From Lama glama (Eukaryota), in assembly GCA_028534125.1 (NCBI GenBank), contig CM052816.1, positions 22,880,001 through 22,944,000 of the forward strand: DNA of 64,000 bases, written 5' to 3'. Made by a program: the position numbers and the translations under genes. Below, one piece after another: positions 37,601 to 51,845 of this stretch (the first letter of the stretch is position 1; each line of letters begins with the position of its first letter). The notes under the pieces are model-generated. The model was not told the origin of the DNA. It ran no database searches and saw only the letters and a list, made by a program, of their open reading frames with translations.

Positions 37601-39749
37601 GGCAAGACTTTTGAATTCTCTGCTGCACCCCTTCCCCACAAGGTTCCCCAGCTCTGCCTTCTTGGGAAATAGGCAACATTCGGTAAGACAGGGATTGGAA
37701 TTAGGCAGATGACTCCGGTCCCCCATGAACCAGGTCCAGTTATCCGGCCCCTCATGACCCTTGAACTCTTCCAGGTCTTGTTTCCCTGAGCTTCAAGGCA
37801 CGTGCATGCACAGTATACACCCCATCAGTAGGCCTTGGGTGGGTCCAGACCCCTGATACTGCCCTAGGTGGAGGGGTTCCCTCTGCCCCGCTACACAATA
37901 TATTGGAACCTAGAATATTCCAACATAATTACATACCTCAAAACTCCGTTCACCTGAAGGACTTAAAGGAAGGGACTTTCTCAGGCAAATCAAATTTAGA
38001 GAATTTGACCATCTTGAAATAAATTCCTTAATGTTTACCATGTGCTCATAGTCTAATTTTAAAGTCTTAGTAAGATGCCAGTAGTTCACAAATCCAGTTT
38101 GAAGACTGCTTTCTAGCTACAGTAAACTACTTGTGGTTTATAAACATACTTACTTCTTTCCTAAAGCTATATTAAAGAGCCTAGCTGCTCTCTCTTCTTT
38201 CAAAAAAAATTCTTCACCCTTTAGAGTTTGTTTGTTTTTTTCTGGTTCTTCATCTCAGGTGGGCTTCCCTCAACCATGCCTGTACTTAGCAAATAGTTAC
38301 TTCTTTCAACTTTTTTCATTCTTGCATGTTGAGTGTGCCATCCTTTTCCTTACAGAAATCTGACCAATAGAGGTCTTATGAATTGTGTTCTCATGCTTCC
38401 TTGCACTATTCATCTATCCCACTGTTCAGGTAGCAGAATAGCTTTGATTGATTTGATTAATTCATTGATTAATGTGAAAGTTAAGTATAGACAGAAAAAA
38501 ACTTAATTATGCTCTTAACGGAAGTGATCATCTTAAAAACCACAACACAATTTCAAGAGCTAGAAAAAAATTTCTTGAATTCCAAATGATTGACTCCTTA
38601 TATCGAAAACTAAAGCACATTAAGTACGGGTTAACAAAATAAACCATAAAATAGAAAAAGATTCCAGACGATAATTTGAGAACACGTTTTCTGCCATTGT
38701 GGAAGGGGGAGACTTCTGCTGAATTACAGGAGGCGGACGTGGTATTTTGGAGAGAAAGATATGAAAGAAGTAAAAAAAAAAAAAAAGAAAAGAAAAGAAA
38801 AAAGAAAAAGCCACATAGGTTTGGGTGAATGTGAGAACAGATAGATGTGTTCTCCGCTTCGTGTAGCCTAAGAAAGTTCTCGTGCCTTAGAGGCACCTGC
38901 ATCTGTACAGCACCCAGGCAAGGCTGAGTGAATGATCTAGACAGATGGTCCGGAGAACAGACTCCTGGAGTCCTTTACGCCCCATAGCAGTGAAGGAAAG
39001 CATTCGCTTACAGCCCAAAGAGGGAAAGAGATAAGACTTGGAGAGGGTAAGGAGGGCAAAGAAGATACAGATTACAATGATCTGATATCTGTAAATCTAT
39101 GACATTATTTGGTAGTTTAGAATGACAGGGATCAGGTAAGAAGCTTCTCCTTAATAGAAGGCAGAGTGGTACTGTGATATAATTGTCTCCTAGTGGCAGG
39201 ATGATAATTGGCACATTAGATGCTGGATACATAACCAAGATGAGAATGAAAAGGAGGGGGGTGGGGACATGAATTGAACCTGAATTACCCAATGTGACTG
39301 ATTTCTAAAGGAGAAATGACTGAGTTACTTGAATTGGCATATTTAAGTTTTCTATCAATAGCCAAAATAGTAGTGCATGATTTTTATAATTAACTTACAA
39401 AGAAGTAAAGTTCATTTTCTACTTCTAAATGTTGTGGATTGTTGTAACTGGCAAGGAAGAGGTAATGGACTAAACTCCAGAGTAAAGTGGGCTTTTTAAA
39501 GGTAGGCAGGAACGTATCAGTATCCATACTTAGAGAAAGGTGCCTGGTATGGATACAGGTGGGAACGCAATGGCCGTTGGAGAAGCTTAGCATGCTGAAG
39601 GGGAAATCATCTGGGCTTTTGACAACAGCATGGGCTGGGAGAATGGATTGCATCTGGAAGAGAGTCAAATATAAGGACAAACTCCTGGGTCATTAATTCT
39701 CCTCCATCCTTTAGTTTTGCTCAGAAAACAATATAAGAGGAGGGGCTAA

Positions 39750-40500
39750 TAAGCAGAAAGAAATCATCATAGTGCATTATCAAGGTAACTGGATTCTGCA
39801 GCCCATTTAGAGTTGAATCTAAAGTGAACTAAAAACAGCCAAAATATCTGCCAGTCCTGCCCCTACACAAATAGTGACTATATCAAAGAGACGGCGCCTC
39901 AGGGAATTGGGGCTTGAGTTAATCACAGGTGAACTCAATCTATTTACAAATTCAACCTAGTTCCAGCTCAACCCATATCCTCCTGGGAGGAATCTGAATG
40001 ATCAGCCCTCAAACAAGCTGTGAGACACAGAACAAAGGCTTGCACTTTCTGAGAAACAAACAAAACATATATTCAGTCTCCAATATTCTTTTACATGTAA
40101 TTCTTGGAATATAATAAAATACATTACAAACATGAAGAAGGAGGAAAATGTGACTCAGAACCAAGAGAAACAGCCAATAGAAGCAGACTCGCAGATAGGC
40201 AGGTTATTGGAATTAGCAGGCAAGGACTTTAATACAGTTATTAACAATATGTTAAATAGTTTAAAGGAAAAGATGGATCTAACTTGTGAAGAGATGGGAT
40301 ACGTCAAGAGAAAAACAGGAACTCTAAAATAAAATGAAGCAGAAATTTTAGATCTTAAAAATTCAATAACTGAAATAAAAATTCCAATGGATTTTTTTTT
40401 TGCAGTAGCCAATCTGCTCTTTACATCATGATCCAATGATAGCTCAGTGAAATGGAAGTTAAAATCAAAAGGAAATATCAGAAAAATTATCAGAATATAG
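39750..40500 (+). mobile_element. Old L1M 5' region / ORF1 N-terminus
   Basis: ORF 40132-40332 MKKEENVTQNQEKQPIEADSQIGRLLELAGKDFNTVINNML resembles the L1M ORF1 start. Confidence 0.7.
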
Positions 40501-40569
40501 GATAATAGCTATTAAGTGGCTCTTGGTACCATAATTTTGGGGTCTCTTATTTGAAATGGACTCTAGAAT

Positions 40570-40790
40570 CCTGGTGCCTATGTTAGAATTATTAATGCTT
40601 CACTTCCTGGCTGTGGGACCTCGGTCTAGTAAGTTAATCCCTGTGTTTCTGTGTTCTCATTTGTAAAATAGAAATAATAATAATACCACCTACCTTTTAG
40701 GATTATTGTGGAACAAAATGGGAAAATGTAATTAGTAGAGGGCCTAGAAAATGAGTAGATATCAACAAATGTTTATTATCATTATTATTT
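40570..40790 (+). mobile_element. MIR SINE
   Basis: cacttcctggctgtgggacctcgg...ttctcatttgtaaaatagaaataataataataccacctacc...ggattattgtg. Confidence 0.75.
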
Positions 40791-42574
40791 GCAGTATTAT
40801 TCAAACCTGTATATTTTTAAGATATAAATATTTGTTAAAAATAGCCCATGTCTCTTTACATGGAAGGCCATAAATAACGAGTAATTGTGTTGGAGTGGAA
40901 TACTTCTGAGGATTTATTCTAAAAAGTTTTAAAAAAAAAGATATTTAGGGAGGCAAACATTCAGACTTCAGAAATGGAAAGATGAGGGGAAAGGCGAGCA
41001 CTTTATATGCATACATGCAGATACAGATAGATATTTTATAAATAATACATTAAAATTTTTCACAAAATTGAAGATAAAGGTCATGGACTTTAACATTTGA
41101 TTATGAAGAAAAATTCTAAATGCATGTTTGTCTTTGGCATTCTCCATCTAGCCTTTGTTTACAGAAAAAATTCCAAGGTCCTTAATATGACAGTAAAGGA
41201 CTTTATCTAGCCTTTTTTGGGAGAAGATGATCCCTGCCTGATCTCTTCGGTCCACAAGAAACATTTACATTGACGCCTCTGAACTTCTAATGCATTCCTG
41301 TATCATGGCCTTTCATGTGTTTTGCAGTGGTTCTTTGGTCTTCCTCTTTTGCATCCCTTAAGGGCACCAGCCCTATTTTAACCAATTTTGTATGACCAGA
41401 AATTAATGCCATGGTGGGAGGAGTACAGTAGGCATACAGAAACAACTTATTTAATGAACAACTATTTTAAAGTCTAGAATAAATATGAGAAAGGGGAGGG
41501 GGAAGCAGAGAACACACACACAGCTATCTAAAATGATCAGAAACCTTCACTCGATTAATTAATGTATAATATGAAGAGTAGGAGAGTGAGCATGTCTTAG
41601 GGAAGGATGCTGAGAAATAAAGATATAGCAGTGGTTTTTCATTTATCATTTTCAGAGCAACAAGCAGCTAATTAGAGCTGCTCATCAAGGACTATTTTAG
41701 GAAAAAAGAGGACGATGATGAAGTGTGATGAGCTTAAGTTTAAAAAAACATTATTGCTGCTATGATTTCTATGTATTACAATGTTGGAAAGGAAAGATAA
41801 TTCTAAAATCTCACTCTTGGAAATTAAAACTGTTGGACACTAGGAATATTGAAATACATATAAACCAGAATTGTTCTGAACTATAAAAATCCAAACAAAA
41901 TCCAAAAAACAGAGAAGAGAAGAGGGCGACACAAATAGCAAGGAAACAATGACCAGGAGAAACATCGCTAGATTTACTTAAAAAAAATGTATATATTGTC
42001 TATTTGGAGTACCAAGATCTTATTGGTTGTAGGAAAATTTAAAACATGCATTATATATTTATCATTCTTTTATATGAAAAGATTTTCTTTTTATCTTTTG
42101 GGTTTTTTCATGAACTAGTGATAAACAAAAATGCCAAGTTATCCTGGCTAGCCTATGGAGCTTTTGAAAATTGCTGGAGAGGTAAAGCAACCAATTAAAC
42201 ATACTCCTGAGATTTCAGTTTCCTCTGTCGATTTAACACATTCATCTAATCAAAACTCTTGATTGACACATCCCCATATCATGGCATTTGCAACCCACTA
42301 GAAGTTCTTTGTCTCTGTGAGAGATTGACAGACAGGTTACTTTATAAAAAGTGTTTTGTGAAGTGTCTTTTAAACCTACTTTCCATGAGTACACCTGCCT
42401 CCTTCTTGAGGAAAAAAATAAGAATTGTTCAACTCCTGGTCCTTTTCTTTAAGTTAAGTACATCACTTTGTTTTAATCTGTCTAATAATTGAGACTCAAG
42501 TTTCAAGCTTTGAAGAGAGTCAGTGTTTCTTTCCCTAGCTTTAATTCCCAGTTTTCAGGAGACAAAGTACATTG

Positions 42575-43097
42575 AATGTACGATAGATTTAAAAGGTTCA
42601 CAGATTCTTTGTAATTATTCCCATTGAGAGGTAGAGTGAAACTCCCCCTCCTTCATTACTTGCTTGATTGATGGAATGTGGCAGACTTTTTGAAGCTAGG
42701 TTATAAAAAGTCTTCCAGACTCTGCCTTTGTCCCTTAGAACTCTTGTTCTTGGAGCTCTCAGCTGCATGTAAGAAGCTTGACTACTCTGGGGCAGTCATG
42801 TTTTGAGGACCCTAGCCCTAAAAAGAAGGTTCTGGAGGATGAGATGTGTTGAGAGAGACAGACAGAGAGACAGAGAGAGAGAGACAGACCAAGAGCACCA
42901 CAGCTCCAGACATGCAAGTGAAGATGCCATCTTGGAAGTGGGTCCTCCAGCCCCAGCTAACCCAGCAGACACCGCGGGGATCAGCTGAGCCCTTCCTGTA
43001 TTCCTGATCCCCAAAATCATGAAGAATAAAAAAATCTTTGCTTTAAGCCATGAAATTTTGGGAGTAGTTAGTTATGTAACAATACTTAACCATAACA
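42575..43097 (+). mobile_element. MLT1G/H-like MaLR solo LTR
   Basis: cccattgagaggtagagt...gtgaagatgccatcttggaagtgg..cctccagcccca...aataaa...ctttaagcca...gttatgtaacaata...aaca. Confidence 0.8.
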
Positions 43098-44059
43098 ATT
43101 GGGACTCTACTGAAAGCTTCTTTAGATATATTTGTAAAATGAACCTTGCTTTCGACTTCAGAAAAGCAAAGCATTTGGATAAATAAGACAATTATTAAAT
43201 TATAAAGGCAAGAAAAGTTCTTCAATTTGCATATAACAGGTCACTCAGAGAATGTTCAACCAAAATATAACTTTTGATTATGGAAATAATAGTAATAAAA
43301 TGATATTCTTCACACCCATCCTTAATTTCCCTCTGAGCAGCGATAAAGTGTCAGCATTTCTACCTACCTAAAAATTTCTGCAGAACGGTTTATGCCTTTT
43401 TGACCTGACTGAGAACTGATGAGTGAAGAGGATGTCAAGTTATAAAAACGACAGATGACTCTGTCATTAGCAGATGCATTAATCTCTGTCAGGAGAGAAC
43501 CTTGCATTTGAGGGATAAGTTAGATAAAATTCTAATGCTGAAATTCCATTCCAGCCGAAAAAAGCCTTTACTAACCAAACTTTTGTTTGGGATGAAACTG
43601 TTGTTCTTGTTATTTTACTTACAAGTGAGGACATTTAACATAACGAATGTCACAATTCTGTTTAAACAATAAAATTCCAATGAATGGGTGAGGTTTGTAA
43701 AGTGAAAATAGAAAGATGCAACACTTAGTATATACAAGTGAGCATTATTTTTCTCAGGAGAAAGTTTTTGAGTGTTTTCTAGGTAAAAAACATTGAGTCA
43801 GACTTGATTTTTACCCCTTCTTTAAAAGCATTATGTTGCTTCTTTGAGTTCTCTGAATCAAAATAAAGAGGGCCTTCAAAATTGTAATTTCATGAGTCAT
43901 TGGCAGGTAAGAGAATTCTGAGAAAAGGAAAGGCACAATCACTCCGATAACCAAAGATTAAAAGAAAATAAGCATTTTGAAACAAGGACTAAGAGAAAGT
44001 GTGGTTAATTCCCAACCTTGATAGAAAACCACGTTCTACTCCAGACACTGCCAGAGCAT

Positions 44060-44590
44060 GTCTGTCACATACTGTCAGATTCAGGAGACAATGGCCCACG
44101 AATATTTTCATATCTCTTCATGGACAGAGCTTTCTGATCCAAGAGCGCTACAACCTTGGTTAAAAGTTCATGAACAGCAAGCACATCTTGGAAGTTAAAT
44201 TCAGATACCTTAAAGAGAGATTGACAGATTTATCTCCCCTGGAACCATTTGTTTGGATTACAAGGGTAATGGTCCTAGGGACTGTGCCCTCCTCTTCTCA
44301 GATTTGTTCATATGGGAAAGGTAAGATCCCGCCTTCTCCTGAGGGGAGGGTGAGCAGCTCTGCCAGGCAGCCTGTGAAGTCCCCAAGACTCACAACTGTG
44401 GACATCCTCTCCTGTGACACTGACCCCCACTCTGCATCCAACAGGTCCATCTGGCTGTCACTGACTCACCTTGTAGGGGTCTGAGGTACTGCACTGGAAG
44501 CCAATGCAAGACGTTCTGTAAGTAAATAATTAATCTGCTCTCTAAGCCAGAATCCTCATGTCTTCTGTCAGGACAAAACAAATACAGATA
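44060..44590. mobile_element. ERVL LTR (MER21C/MER68/MER77-like)
   Basis: catttgtttggattacaagggt...gaggggagggtgagcag...taataattaatctgctctctaagccagaatcctcatgtcttctgtcag. Confidence 0.55.
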
Positions 44591-47059
44591 TAAAAACTTA
44601 ACAGGACTGTAGTCCATGGGATAAAATCCCTCATCTTTGTGGTGAAAGCTATGTTCGTTTGGGTTTGGGAATCCCTGAGTCCTCTTAATCAAGTTTCCAT
44701 TCTTATTCTTTCTCTATAACCCCTGAAAAATAAAATATTTTAATAAAGGCAGAGCTACTTGTTGAAATACCATTAAATATAAAAATTAAGCATTTATTTT
44801 TAAAAAATAGAATTGCATAAAAATTTCAGCTAGACCCCAGACTGTGCATGACCAGATTTGAGTGTAAGGTTAGAAATGGTCACCACTGAAGTGGAAAATT
44901 ATTCCTGTCACTTATGAATGAGATCATTGGGAATGGGGTGCAGGCTTTGCCAACTTTACAATCTTGGCACACTGCATTATATTAGCTAGTAATCAGTACA
45001 CTTTAATGGAAGTAAATCATAGAAGTCGTTTGTTCTAAAACACACTGTCTGTGACGAGAGACCCATACCAAATCTCACAGATTCGATATAATGATGAAAT
45101 TAATATGAAACAATCTGTAACCTAACCATATTTATTATGTCCCTCATGAAGACATGTTATGATTGAAGAATCGCGGTCTCCATGAAGGCTAGAGAAAGAG
45201 TAAGAAGGGGAATTTCTTTCAGTACCTCCACCATTTTGGGGAGACTGGCAGACTGGAGATTTCTCAGCTGCTTGATAATTAAAAATACTCACAGTGAAAA
45301 AGACAGAGCTGGTTTGGAATTAGCAAAGGTCAAGACGAAAGACATAGATCAAACAATTTGCTCTTTGCATAATTCAGTTCTCTTTCATTTATATGGACTT
45401 TTGTGATGGATATATCGATTAGCTGTTAGCCATTAGCTATGGCTAGTCACTTTTCAATCGATTACCTGAAAGATGCTGCCTTCTCCAGTTTAGTTGCAAA
45501 GTACACAAATAACTGCATAGTTCAGTTGACTTAAAATGACTGTCTATGTAACTGGAGATCAAGACATGACAGACTTCTGATTATTTTTATTCTTTCTGTT
45601 TTTCAGCCTGACCATTAGTCACTGATGTACATTCAAAAGAATGTAGTTTTTTTTAATCATTGCTTTTGCATTGAATGCAAGTTTTGAACTTGCCCTAGCT
45701 GTTATTTTACAAAATATAGCTTCATAAATTCTGGAAGTGAAATAGGCCAAAATATTTCACTCTCTAAAATTTGGTGGAAACACACACATGAAGACGAGAC
45801 AGTTCATTCAAATAGCACTTATGGCTGAAGCAGAAATATATTAACGTGCATTGGGTGAATAGCATGCAATTTCCTGTAGCAACAGAAGGGTGAATACTGC
45901 TGTCTAGGATAAAGGCTCACGATCCAGGGAGGTCCTTGCCTTGAGAACTAGTATCAGTTTCCTGTTAGGTAAAGGCTCCTCGGACTTTCAGGCTCTCAGT
46001 GCTTGATGGCAATGCAGCTGAAAGTCATCATCTATTTTAATTAATTCCAAGCCTATGCTTACAAGGCAAACTTCCCTCCTAAATTTTGCCTCTACGAAGG
46101 CTTTGAGTATTGGAAAGATAACAATATTAGGCCACGCGATGTGCCCTTGTGAACTAGTCAGCAGCTGTTCTCTCTGCACTGAGGAGCCTGTTGGAATTCC
46201 ATGCCCTGTGTGATTTGCTAATATGGATCAATCAGTCTCGAAATGTGCTCAAAACCCCTTGATAAGGTAGAGCCCTGAACCCAAAGGGTCACTGATATAC
46301 CCCAGAGCTGTTCAGATTCCACAGAAGTGTAGACCCTCCTAAGTCACAATCTTTGATCTGAATCCTCAAACATAGATGAGATTTAAGAGAGCCTGGATTA
46401 GGTGATGGTACAATGACACCCAGAGACAAGGTTTATTTTCATATTCTGGAAGAAAAAAAGGGGGAACACCTGCCACAATTGTGCAGAGTAGGAAGAAGAC
46501 AGAACTAAGTAATAATATCCTTGCTCATGTCTTGAAGGACACCTTCAAATTGGGGTTTATTTTTTGTGTTTTGTTATTATTATAACGAGGAGGTTTTCCT
46601 GTTATTCCCTGTTACTTAGTATTTAACAAATATTCAGGTTGTACTAAATGATGGAAAACTTACTGAGGAATGGGCAGAACCAGTAAAAGGAATAAAAGGG
46701 GCAAAATGATGCATGACACAGAATATGTTGAAGCTAGAAATCCACAGAACTAAAAAAAGTGAACAAGATGAAGTAAGAAAGAAGACAGAGTAAAGAGGGC
46801 AGGGGCTAGAGAAGACAAAAAAGGAGAGGAGGAGGGCCAAGCTGAGCCTGAGCAGGGGGTACCAGGGGTGCCCTCGGTCAGGTTCACACTCCTCGTGTTG
46901 AGATCCCTGAGCCAGTATGGGAGCTCAGCTCCAGCCTTTCCTAGAGCCTGAGGGCCCAGCACGGAGCCAGCAGCCACTGTTCCTGTTCTCATGGAGGTTA
47001 TTTTAGAAAGGAAGGTGATGAGGTGATAGGTATATGAAAAAGTCAACAATGAAAATACC

Positions 47060-47510
47060 AGATTCATTGTAAACAGCATATACCAGATAAAGGTATATGA
47101 GATGCTCTATCAGAAGGGTAATAATTATCTGCTGGTAAACTTGGAGGGGGTGGCAGAGGGAGCTATTTAAGATAGGGTGGTTAGGGAAGCCTTTCTCACC
47201 AGCTGACCTTTGTGCTGAGACCTGAATTACAAAAAGGAGCCAACTGAGAGAAGATCTGCAGGGCAAACTTTCCAGGTTCAGAGAACAAGTAGGGCAAAGG
47301 CCCCAAGGTGGTAGCAAGTTTGGCAAGCTTCAAAGTCCAAGTGGAGGCCAGTGATGGGAGCAGAATGAAGCAGGGTGTGAGAGAGGGGAGAAGGGGCAGA
47401 GAGAAGGCAGGGGCAGGTCACACGGGGCAGGCGGTATGTGCCAGGGTAAGGAGTTTAGGCTTATTCTAAGTATACCGGAAAACTTCAGAGACTTTTAACA
47501 GGAGAAGTAA
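47060..47510 (-). mobile_element. L2 LINE fragment
   Basis: gggtggttagggaagcctt...ctgagacctgaat...ttccaggttcagagaaca...ggtaaggagtttaggcttattctaagt. Confidence 0.75.
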
Positions 47511-50500
47511 CAATGAAACTATACATAATCGAAGCCTTGCTTATTTTTTGGAGTTTTATAACATACTAATTCAAACAATCGGGGTCTTCAAAAGTTAGTG
47601 TAGATTCTGATGGAATCTGATGGAAATAAAGAATACCCTTAGGTATCATTTTCAAACAAAGATGACTCTGGTAATTGCTAAAGCAATGCATAGTTTTTTA
47701 AACTCCTTTTTTAAAAACTACATTTGGCTTCAATGCAAAGCAAAAAGAGGTTAATATTATGCATCTTAAACCTATTTTGAGATAAAACGCATTTTTTTAA
47801 AAAAGAACCCTCATGTTTAATAACATTTGATTAAATAGCCATTGAAAGAATTTTAAAATGTGTCATATAATGTGACTGTTTCTAAAGATGCTGAAGAAAG
47901 CAATTAGAATGAGAAATGAATTCAGCTGTTCTGCCCATGTGACAGAGAGACTGTCACTGAGAACAGGAGAAATAATGAACTGCAGGTTAGAGTTGCCGGT
48001 TTAGGAACAAGTTCCCATCTAAAGAAAGAGGTACTGGTATCAAAAAGGTGAAGGACTAAAGAAAATACAAAAATATATTCAAAGGCACGGGGGGAAGACT
48101 CATTTCCATGTACTTTTCTCTAAAAGGTCTTCAATTTCCTTACCGTTAATTTTTGGTAAAGAAATTTAAAGCTCAAATTCCTTGCGAATGCCCAGAGAAA
48201 TTGTAACTGCAAGTGTGACTCACAGCAAGAATTTTTTTAACCAAAAATTGCTGTTATGAATTGTCCCAGAATATCTATTGTTTCAAAAATGACTTTGACA
48301 TTTTCCCCAGGTGATTCAGAGTCAAAAGTTATTTCATGAACTAATCATAAAATTAAAAGACTATCCAGGAGCTATTAGAGTGGAAATAATGAAGCATGCA
48401 TCTTAGAAGCATAAACTAGTATGTTTGATAAATGTATTTAAGAAGTGAGCTCAATTATGCATTTTGAAAGCATATAAAAAAGTATGCGATTTCATTCCAA
48501 AAGATATTCATTCTGTGTAATTTAAAGTCTTTCTTTGAGATATTTGTCCCACTATCTGGGAGTCTCTTTTTCCTGTTATATTAATTGCCTCCTTTAAGAT
48601 GCTTTGAAACCATGAATTGCAGCATTATGGACAACCAGGACATTTGGTAGAGATTGGTGCTAACAAGGCAGTGGTTTGAACAAAATGAGATGTTTCTTGG
48701 TATATTGTCTCAAAGAAGGCATTAGTGTATGTTTGTTAAATGAAGGAATTATGGAAGGAAAGAGAGAGGAAAATTCATTTTGCTCATCTGTAAAATGGGG
48801 AAGGTGGCACCTACTTTAGAGACGATGAAGCTCAAAGCAGACACTGTGAGTTAGTTTCCCGAGTAACAGCTCACAGCAAGTAAGCACTTAATGAACAGGA
48901 GCTGTTTTGCTGTTGAAATGAAAAGTCGAACAACATAAATCACTTTCCTTTTCCCTTTTCCTTATTAAAATGGCTTCCTGTGTGACATGACAGATGGGAA
49001 AAGTGTTCGGACACAAAGGGAACTTTACCTAAATTAACAGCATGTTGCTTAAGGGGCAGGTATAGAAGAAAAGGATTGCGAGCAATGTTGCTTCCTTTTC
49101 CTTCTGAGCCCTTTCTGAGCTCTTAGCCTTAAAAGAATTCTGTGGAATATAAAAATATGAACATTATTGATATTGGGAAAATATAGTCACAACTGTATAA
49201 ATCATACCATTATTTGGTATTCTTAACCTCCGTATAATGTCTTAGCAGAACAAGATTATAAAACATATGTGAACTTATTCATTATAAATGTAGTTTGCAA
49301 AAACAAAATGTCTAAAAATACACATTAACATTTATTCATGAAATCTCCTCACCTTTAAATGACTGAATAATTAATTCAGTAAACATTTTGATGCAATGCT
49401 TTGTCCATTTAAGGTACAAACCTGAATTTAATGTTGAGCAAAGTAACTGAGAAGTTGGATCCTCTCCTTGGAGGAGATCAAAGAGTTTCTAACTTCTCTG
49501 CCTTCAGTTTCTAGTCTAAATACTCAAGAGGCTGTGTAAGATCCATGCCCTGGGGATTCCAGTTGGCTGACAAGGAGGAGAAATACATTCCAGCATGCTT
49601 GAAATAGATCAGAGTTGCTAATGAAAACGAGTTGAAAAACTTACGTTAACTTCAGCCTTCAAGCTCATGATTTATACAATAGTAACATCTCAAAACCAAC
49701 ACTAGAAAGTTGTAGTCTAAACATTATATAGCCTGTATCAAGTAGTTTCGTGCGGGGGACAGGGAAGAATCTGCTGGCAGAAAAAAGGAAGGAAAATATT
49801 AAAAGGAAAAGTGGGTCATCAGTATGTTAGAATGGAGCGAATACTAGGAGGAAGTGAAAACGAATACTGCAGAGATACCCACACCCCTACTCCCCTGCCA
49901 TTTTCTTAGTATTGTGCTTTTAATTAACATTTTATTTATCACCTATTAAAGACTTCCTTTTAGAGACAGTATTGGGGCCACTTTGGTGGGCATGGGAGGT
50001 GAAAATAAATTTGAGGCTGATTATGGTGACAGAATATTTAGTAGGTTAGACACAGAAAGCTATTAATCCTGAAGTTGTGGTATTTATTTTCATTTCTATA
50101 TGAACTTTCAGCCTAAGTTATTTTTGACTGATGTCAAGTTGAACACTTGATGCCAAAATCAAGACACAAGAATCAAGGTAGGTTCGCATGTCTGCATTTG
50201 AAATTTACCTACAGATCTTAGAGTCTATGTGGCATATGCACATACTTCTCCCTACTTAGCGAAAATAAGAAAATGTGATGTTTGTGGGAATTTAGGGTAG
50301 AGGAGTCAGGTGAGAACCAAGAAAGAGATGGAGAACAGCCTCACAGAAGGAGGCCTGATAGCAGTGAAAGGTTTGCTTTCAGGTAATGCATGTTTCAGTC
50401 TTAAGAGTTTCTACTTGAGAGTATTGTTCCCAAGCAAGATCCCAACACATATGTGCTCATCAGTGAACATCACAGATAACAACAATTATTCTAGGGAAAA

Positions 50501-51845
50501 AAACCTTTCCTTCCCTGTTCCTCCTTTTTATAGGAGGTCCAATTTAAATACAAATTTACCTTTCTAATCTTATACTCACAAGTTCCTTCAGAACTGATCC
50601 TATAAATACCAAGGCTGGGTGGTAACAGAACAGCAAGAATGTGTACCAGTGCCTGATGGATAATCAAAACTCAGTCATCTCAGCTTTTATACCAATCTTT
50701 GGATGAATACATATTGACTGAATTCAATTGAAATACAATCCTGCATGGAGTAGAATTCTAAATATGGTACAGACGTTGGCAGCTTCTTACATGAGAAAGG
50801 AAGAGAGAAACAGACAATTGGATGTCAAATTGAAGGCAACACTGGAATATCCTGACAGCTTGATGCCAGCGCCAGGTGGCCCGCTGCGGGCTGCAGATGT
50901 GGCTGTATCACCATCGGGGGCACGAATTACTGCCGATGTCTCATCATCCCCACCACCTGCCGAGCCAACCTTGGCAGCGTGACGGGAGCCTGAGCGAGGC
51001 TGTGGGGCACAGTGGCAGAACCTGCTGGCATGTTCTGGGACTCCATCCCATCTCTCTTGGGGCTACTGCTTGAAAACGGGAAGTCTAGGAGGCTTCTGGC
51101 ACAGACAGACCACCTCGACTGTATGTTTGACAATGATTAGGATGCTAATAAAAGTGCGGATGGGGAAGGTAGGCAAGTTAGCAGCACTAACGACTGATAA
51201 CAGATCCCTTTGTTGCCCCTCAGGACACTTCTTTGCCCAATCGCCCTGCGATACCCATAATTACATAATTACTATTTCTGATGAGATATGTTGTCAATGT
51301 TTAAGCATAAATGAGACTTCGGGGCGGGGGGGGGAACTGCACAGATTACTTGCAGTCTCCTTGTAGACAGACATATCCCTATGGTAAGGCTACACTAAGT
51401 TTCTATGACTTGCAGGACATCAGATTAGTGACTCAGAAAGCCTCGGGTGGTTGGGAAGGAAAGACAGCTTGGCCACGTAAACTGTGTTGATGCTTTCATT
51501 CCCCCATGTAAATCTCATCATCATGGCCAAGATGGAGCTACACGTCTTTTACTGGCTATTTGAGACTCATCTGGACATTTCTGTTGAGTGACAAGAGGAA
51601 AAGAGGGGAGACACCATGTCTCTTTCCAGATACAAGTCTCCCATAGGCTATTACCTCCGGGATAAGGCAGTCCTAGGTGAGGGCTCGACGGGCCTGGCGG
51701 CCCTACTGCCTCTCATCTGGCAAATCCAAACCATTAGAAAAGGGCCTGGTCTTCTGGGTCCTCCTCCTGGAAGAAGGAATTGCTCAAGGTGAATTTGAAA
51801 ATGTGACCACATAAAACCAGAATGGCCCAGCCACAGGGCTGCTGA

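Noticed and set aside
36914..37755. Cluster of six-frame ORFs (75-110 aa) in the GC-rich patch
   Set aside because: Expected from stop-codon scarcity in GC-rich DNA. Only the Kozak ATG at 37599 was kept as a candidate.
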